In this document: in pieces, positions 60,441-64,000 of the stretch
Layout of the letters: every line of letters begins with the position of its first letter
Position numbering within the stretch: position 1 is the stretch's first letter
Assembly (NCBI RefSeq): GCF_963921235.1
Contig: NC_086097.1
Coordinates: 34,102,001-34,166,000, forward strand
Direction of reading: 5' to 3'
DNA length: 64,000 bases
Origin: Mobula hypostoma
Taxonomy: Eukaryota
Translations under genes and position numbers: made by a program
The notes under the pieces: model-generated
What the model saw: only the letters and a program-made list of their open reading frames with translations
The model's database searches: none
What the model was told of the DNA's origin: nothing

Positions 60441-61945
60441 CTATTACTTTGAGTGGTTTATAGTTAAGTAGACCTAACAGGAGACTAGCTGCATTGAGGA
60501 AGCTATCACAAGATTGCAATTACGGTAACACACTCTCTGAAGTGCTCCGGGATGAGGTCGTGAGTATAATCAATGATGAACAGGCCTAAGAGAAGTTCTT
60601 ATCAGAGGTGAGTCTAACCTTAGAAGGCACTGAAATTTGACCAAGCAGTACAACTGCAAGTAAAAACTGCAGCGCTTGGAGCTGGGCTCACCAGTTCCAC
60701 AAAACAGCATGCAGAACAGACACGGTCAAGGCAAACCGAACATCATTGTAAAAAGATAAACAAAGGCTGTTACTGCGGTGGAATGAAACATATGCTACTG
60801 AATGCTTGTGGGGTTTAGAGGAACATGACGCCAGCACTTGAAAGAATAAGTATATAAAGTTGAGTCGATAAAATGGAGGTGAGAAAATAAATGCACTATC
60901 ACCATTCTCATGACAATTAGAGACTGCAGTATGTACAGGGAAAGTTTTCATGATCTTTAATTTAAAAAACTAGCTGACTTCACAAAAGTAGAACCATTCA
61001 TGTTTGTCATAAAAGTGATTAACAGTAGTAAATTTTGAGTTGAACTTTGGGTTGAGCATTATGCAGATGAACCAGACCGACTTCTATTGTGATTCTTCCA
61101 TTTCTTTGTATTTACCGTGAGTGTTCACAAGAAAATAAATTTCAGGTTGTGTATGATGACATGTATGTACTTGGCTAATAAATTTACTTTGAACTTTGAC
61201 TATGCCGAGAACAATGCAGCTGAACAATGCAATGGTTGGACTCGATATAAGTGAAATAGAAATGACTTTTCTCACTTTGTGTGGGTTGTCGATCTGACAG
61301 GAAGTGACTAGCTGAATGAAATTCTCTTCAACTAGAAGAAAAACTTTTGCATTAAGTGAGACTGGAGCATTACCTGGGATGCTACAGAGACAGGAAAGGA
61401 TTTACAAGGAAGAGATGGGAATATTGAAGAGTGTCCATGCTGAAATCCAAGTTTGATGACAATACTGACCTACAGTTCTTCAAGCTGAAGTCAGTGCCAA
61501 AGCTAGAAGGAGAAATTGACAAACTTCTCAGAGAAAACTGCCACTGAATTAATTAGCTACTCTGCGTGGGCAGCACACACTGTGTCAGTGCTAAGACATG
61601 ATTGATCCATCAGAATTTTTTGAGATTACAAACTGACTGTTAGTTAAGTCTCGACTGTGGAATTGTATCCCGTTCCTAGAATGCAAGACTGATTTATAGT
61701 TTTGATCGAAGGTCAACCGTTTACTTGGTTGGATGCGAGTCATGCACGCCAACAGAGGGTGTTAGAGGACCAGCCTACGAAGTTTAGCTACGTATCTCCG
61801 AGCACTCTTTGGAGTTTCGTCTGCACCTGCTTTCTGTCAGGGAATAGTGCAGGGTTTACTGCAGGACATTTCCATGGTCTCTGCAGACTTTGAGAATATC
61901 CTGGTTATGAGTCTCAAGGCGTACAGAATCTGGAGCAAGTGTTGA

Positions 61946-63419
61946 ACATAGAACATAGAATAGTACAGTACAGTACAGGCCCTTCGGCCCACAATGTTGT
62001 GCCAACCCTCAAACCCTGCCTCCCATATAACCCCCCCCCCACCTTAAATTCCTCCATATACCTGTCTAGCAGTCTCTTAAATTTCACTGTTGTATCTGCC
62101 TCCACCACTGACTCAGGCAGTGCATTCCACGCACCAACCACTCTCTGAGTAAAAAACCTTCCTCTAATATCCCCCTTGAACTTCCCACCCCTTACCTTAA
62201 AGCCATGTCCTCTTGTATTGAGCAGTGGTGCCCTGGGAAGAGGTACTGGCTATCCACTCTATCTATTCCTCTTATTATCTTGTACACCTCTATCATGTCT
62301 CCTCTCATCCTCCTTCTCTCCAAAGAGTAAAGTCCTAGCTCCCTTAATCTCTGATCATAATGCATACTCTCTAAACCAGGCAGCATCCTGGTAAATCTCT
62401 TCTGTACCCTTTCCAATGCTTCCACATCCTTCCTATAGTGAGGTGACCAGAACTGGACACAGCACTCCAAGTGTGGACTAACCAGAGTTTTATAGAGCTG
62501 CATCATTACCTCGCGACTCTTAAACTCTATCCCTCGACTTATGAAAGCTAACACCCCATAAGCTTTCTTAACTACCCTATCCATTTGTGAGGCAACTTTC
62601 AGGGATCTGTGGACATGTATCCCCAGATCCCTCTGCTCCTCCACACTACCAAGTATCCTACCATTTACTTTGTACTCTGCCTTGGAGTTTGTCCTTCCAA
62701 AGTGTACCACCTCACACTTCTCCAGGTTGAACACCATCTGCCACTTCTCAGCCCACTTCTGCATCCTATCAATGTCTCTCTGCAATCTTCGACAATCCTC
62801 TACACTATCTACAGCACCACCAACCTTTGTGTCATCTGCAAACTTGCCAACTCACCCTTCTACCCCCACATCCAGGTCGTTAATAAAAATCACGAAAAGT
62901 TGAGGTCCCAGAACAGATCCTTGTGGGACACCACTAGTCACGACCCTCCAATCGGAATGTACTCCCTCCACCACGTCCCTCTGCCTTCTTCAGGCAAGCC
63001 AATTCTGAATCCACCTGGCCAAACTTCCCTGGATCCCATGCCTTCTGACTTTCTGAATAAGCCTACCATGTGGAACCTTGTCAAATGCCTTACTAAAATC
63101 CATATAGATCACATCCACTGCACTACCCTCATCTATATGCCTGGTCACCTCCTCAAAGAACCCTATCAGGCTTGTTAGACACGATCTGCCCTTCGCAAAG
63201 CCATGCTGACTGTCCCTGATCAGACCATGATTCTCCAAATGCCCATAGATCCTATCTCTAAGGATCTTTTCCAACAGCTTTCCCACCACAGACGTAAGGC
63301 TCACTGGTCTATAATTACCTGGACTATCCCTACTACCTTTTTTGAACATGGGGACAACATTCGCCTCCCTCCAATCCTCTGGTACCATTCCCGTGGACAA
63401 CAAGGACATAAAGATGGGA
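61946..63419 (-). mobile_element. Relatively young 5'-truncated CR1
   Basis: Long ORFs (NYRPVSLTSVVGK, MDFSKAFDKVPH, LVSPHLECCVQFW); (ACATAGA)n tail; GTTGA TSD at 61941-45 and 63420-24. Confidence 0.93.
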
Positions 63420-63456
63420 GTTGAGAAGACAGGAAAAGGCAGGCTTATGTCTAAAG

Positions 63457-63532
63457 CAAGGGTTCCCAACCTGGGGTCTACAGATCCCTTGGTTAATGAC
63501 AAAGGTCCCATAAAAAAAGTTGTGAACCACTG
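63457..63532. mobile_element. hAT/Charlie-like MITE
   Basis: CAAGGGTTCCCAAC...GTTGTGAACCACTG; TSD GTCTAAAG/GTCTAAAA. Confidence 0.78.
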
Positions 63533-64000
63533 GTCTAAAAGGAAATATACACCTTCTTGGTATATGAAATACAGGACTTGTACATGTACACCTCTTAGGT
63601 GCTAAGGGCTATGCTGTGTTCAGGGAAAGGTACAAACCATTGCTAATGCCTATGTTCAATTAAGGTAACTGAGCTGAAGGCATAGCTAGGATTGTTGAAT
63701 TATTTTAACAAATGCTTGTCAATTCTGGCAGTGTTCTAAGCTGGATTACACCAATTGCAATGAATGAATGTGAAATGGAAGTGGACCAAATTTCAAGGAA
63801 AGACTTTATTGCTTTTGAAAGAATAGCTACAGTTTGCTATTAGTACAGTTAGTGCACCATTCTCTGCAAAGAATGTCTCATCTTGTGCACATCATCATGC
63901 AGATTTGGTGCAGTCGTGTTCAAACAGATGGAATACAATACTGAAATGTCAACAATGTCTGCATCCAAAACACTGACAATAGCATGGTAAATATACCCTT

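Larger units (their letters stand above)
60530..64000 (+). mobile_element. Old Gypsy internal region, running off the window end
   Basis: WAAHTVSVL, DYKLTV, YPVPRMQD, LDASHA; the frame EQVL|RRQEKAGLCLK rejoins across the CR1; then GLLNYF, FGAVV, ASKTLT. Confidence 0.7.

Noticed and set aside
62609..63178. 189-aa plus-strand ORF
   Set aside because: Antisense shadow of the CR1 reverse transcriptase.

Overview
Repeat-dominated, apparently gene-free vertebrate DNA. The repeat complement (CR1 LINEs with (CATAGAA)n-type tails, tRNA-headed V-SINE/HE1-like SINEs, Rex1/Babar remnants, Penelope remnants) points to a cartilaginous fish, probably a ray; this is inference. I could not support any host exon. 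Main points: (1) a six-level nested insertion stack at 12.7-24.4 kb (CR1 > CR1 > Tigger-like MITE > Gypsy > CR1 > Tc1), with TSDs or rejoined reading frames at each level. (2) At its core, a Sleeping-Beauty-family Tc1 element rebuilt from two right arms (435-bp inverted repeats). It keeps an uninterrupted 349-aa DD34E ORF whose ATG comes from the antisense strand of the duplicated arm. (3) Minimal type I hammerhead ribozyme motifs in Penelope-derived termini, some inside short palindromic derivatives. (4) Four copies of a ~640-bp non-coding retroposon with an AAGATGGC head, a 3' stem-loop and an (AATCT)n tail; three lie in or beside the same part of Rex1/Babar remnants. Boundaries of old elements are approximate. 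Family names come from motif recognition, not database searches.
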